Shown here in pieces: positions 30,870 through 32,000 of a DNA stretch of 32,000 bases (positions within the stretch are counted from its first letter, which is position 1; each line of letters starts with the position of its first letter). Below the pieces are notes generated by a model, which was not told the origin of the DNA, did not search any database, and saw only the letters and a list, made by a program, of their open reading frames with translations. The translations under genes and the position numbers were made by a program. The DNA lies in NCBI GenBank assembly GCA_016779605.1, contig JADHNH010000031.1, forward strand, positions 2,125 to 34,124, written 5' to 3'. The DNA comes from Nevskia sp. Its GTDB lineage: Bacteria > Pseudomonadota > Gammaproteobacteria > Nevskiales > Nevskiaceae.

Positions 30870-31808
30870 ATGGCCGAGCTGATCCTGCACCACTACGATG
30901 AAGCGCCGTTCGCCGAAAAGATCCGGCTCGTGTTCGGCATCAAGAACCTGGCGTGGCGCTCGGTGATCCAGCCGGCGGCGCTGCCCAAGCCGCACCTGCT
31001 GCCGCTGACCGGCGGCTACCGCCGCACGCCGGTGCTGCAGGTCGGCGCCGACATCTACTGCGACACGCAGCTGATCGCCGCGGTGCTGGAGCGCGAGTTC
31101 CCGCAGCCGTCGATCTTTCCGGACGGCAACGCCGGCCTCGGCTATGCCCTGGGCAGCTGGGCGCACGGGCCTTACGTGGTGACCTCGGTGGCGATCTACA
31201 TGGGCAGCGAAGACCCGTTCGCCGGTGCGGTGAACCTGCCCGCGCATTTCTTCGAAGACCGCAAGAAGATGTGGAAGACGCAGTTCGACACCGACACCCT
31301 CGGGCCGCGCCTGCCGCTGCTGCGTTCGCAGCTCGACGCGCATACCGACTTCATCAACATGCAGCTCGCCGACGGCCGCGCGTTCCTCACCGGGGCCAAG
31401 CCGGGGCTGGCCGACCTGCATGCCATGTGGGACCCGTGGTTTCTGTACCGCTTCGCGCCCAAGGAGGCGCAGCGGGCTTACGACCGCTTCCCGCGCATCG
31501 GCCAGTGGCTGGCGCGGCTCGCCGCAGTTGGCCAGGGCAAGCGCAGCGAGATGAACCCCGAGGAAGCCCTGGACGTCGCCAAGGCCGCTGCACCGAAGCC
31601 CGCCACCGGCGTGGACCCGCACGATCCCATCGGCATCAAGGCCGGCACCCGCGTCTGCGTTTCGCCCAGCGACTATGCGGAGGTCAACGTCGTCGGCGAG
31701 CTGGTCGGCACGACGGTCGGCAGCGTCTCGGTGCTGCGCTCGGATCCGCGGGTCGGCGAAGTGGTGGTGCACTTTCCCAAGATTGGCTACCGGATCGAGC
31801 CCGCCTGA
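30870..31808 (+). CDS. Glutathione S-transferase-like protein (GST N-terminal fold with extended C-terminal region)
   Basis: 312 aa. MAELILHHYDEAPFAEKIRLVFGIKNLAWRSV...YRRTPVLQVGADIYCDTQLIAAVLEREFP is a thioredoxin-like GST N-domain pattern. RBS GGAG upstream. Confidence 0.8.
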   Translation: MAELILHHYDEAPFAEKIRLVFGIKNLAWRSVIQPAALPKPHLLPLTGGYRRTPVLQVGADIYCDTQLIAAVLEREFPQPSIFPDGNAGLGYALGSWAHGPYVVTSVAIYMGSEDPFAGAVNLPAHFFEDRKKMWKTQFDTDTLGPRLPLLRSQLDAHTDFINMQLADGRAFLTGAKPGLADLHAMWDPWFLYRFAPKEAQRAYDRFPRIGQWLARLAAVGQGKRSEMNPEEALDVAKAAAPKPATGVDPHDPIGIKAGTRVCVSPSDYAEVNVVGELVGTTVGSVSVLRSDPRVGEVVVHFPKIGYRIEPA

Positions 31809-31826
31809 GCACACCCGTGCTGTGCC

Positions 31827-32000
31827 TCAAAACTCCAGCCAGGTGAACAGGTAAAGCGTGTTGTTGTCGGCGGCGTCGCGGCCGCTGCCGTCGTAATTGC
31901 GCACGCCGCCGTTGAACTGCAGATACTGCGTGTATTGCAGCGCCATCCGCAGGTTCAGCCAGGTCCGGGCGTAGGGCCCGCCCTTGCCGAACGGAATGTA
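31827..32000 (-). CDS. 3' end of a probable outer-membrane beta-barrel protein (N-terminus beyond the right edge)
   Basis: Minus-strand frame enters from the right edge and ends at TGA 31829-31827. My translation is YIPFGKGGPYARTWLNLRMALQYTQYLQFNGGVRNYDGSGRDAADNNTLYLFTWLEF*. It shows alternating hydrophobic/aromatic strands and a terminal Phe typical of OMP C-termini. Confidence 0.5.
   Translation of the reverse strand, partial: YIPFGKGGPYARTWLNLRMALQYTQYLQFNGGVRNYDGSGRDAADNNTLYLFTWLEF

Overview
Very GC-rich bacterial chromosomal DNA (by eye about two-thirds G+C or more, strong GC3 bias; not computed), proteobacterial in character. I support about 31 protein-coding genes. I saw no rRNA, tRNA, CRISPR array, transposase or integrase. 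The many long Arg/Ala/Gly/Pro-rich ORFs in the track are off-frame or antisense artefacts of the GC content.

Layout:
(i) 1-7.7 kb, minus strand: a catabolic cluster of nitronate monooxygenase, family III CoA-transferase, alpha/beta hydrolase, SCP2-like protein, RutA/SfnG-like flavin (LLM) monooxygenase and iron-type alcohol dehydrogenase.
(ii) 8-11.3 kb: GST, enoyl-CoA hydratase, a vapBC toxin-antitoxin pair and a family IV esterase.
(iii) 11.4-17.8 kb, minus strand: the main finding, a complete copper membrane monooxygenase operon. Its order is pmoC-pmoA-pmoB (PmoCAB/AmoCAB family), an unrecognised 197-aa exported membrane-anchored protein, copC, a copD fused to a mono-haem cytochrome c and a Cys-less thioredoxin-fold domain, and a small secreted protein. 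The genes from pmoB to copD are chained by 4-nt start/stop overlaps. All copper ligands known from Methylococcus capsulatus pMMO are conserved. The neighbourhood looks heterotrophic and shows no C1 or N oxidation module, so the substrate (methane, ammonia, or short alkanes/alkenes) is open.
(iv) 18-32 kb: a small SET-domain methyltransferase divergent from pmoC, phosphoketolase, pilU, a PAS-PAS-GGDEF cyclase, a GT-C-like membrane protein, a HAPMO-like Baeyer-Villiger monooxygenase, a DUF4394 protein with a GlyGly-CTERM-like tail, an acyl-CoA dehydrogenase-fold protein, a small ORF, a second GST-like gene and the 3' end of a probable outer-membrane protein.

Several AT-rich palindromes and repeats stand out in intergenic regions as candidate operators, including two FNR/FixK-type boxes.
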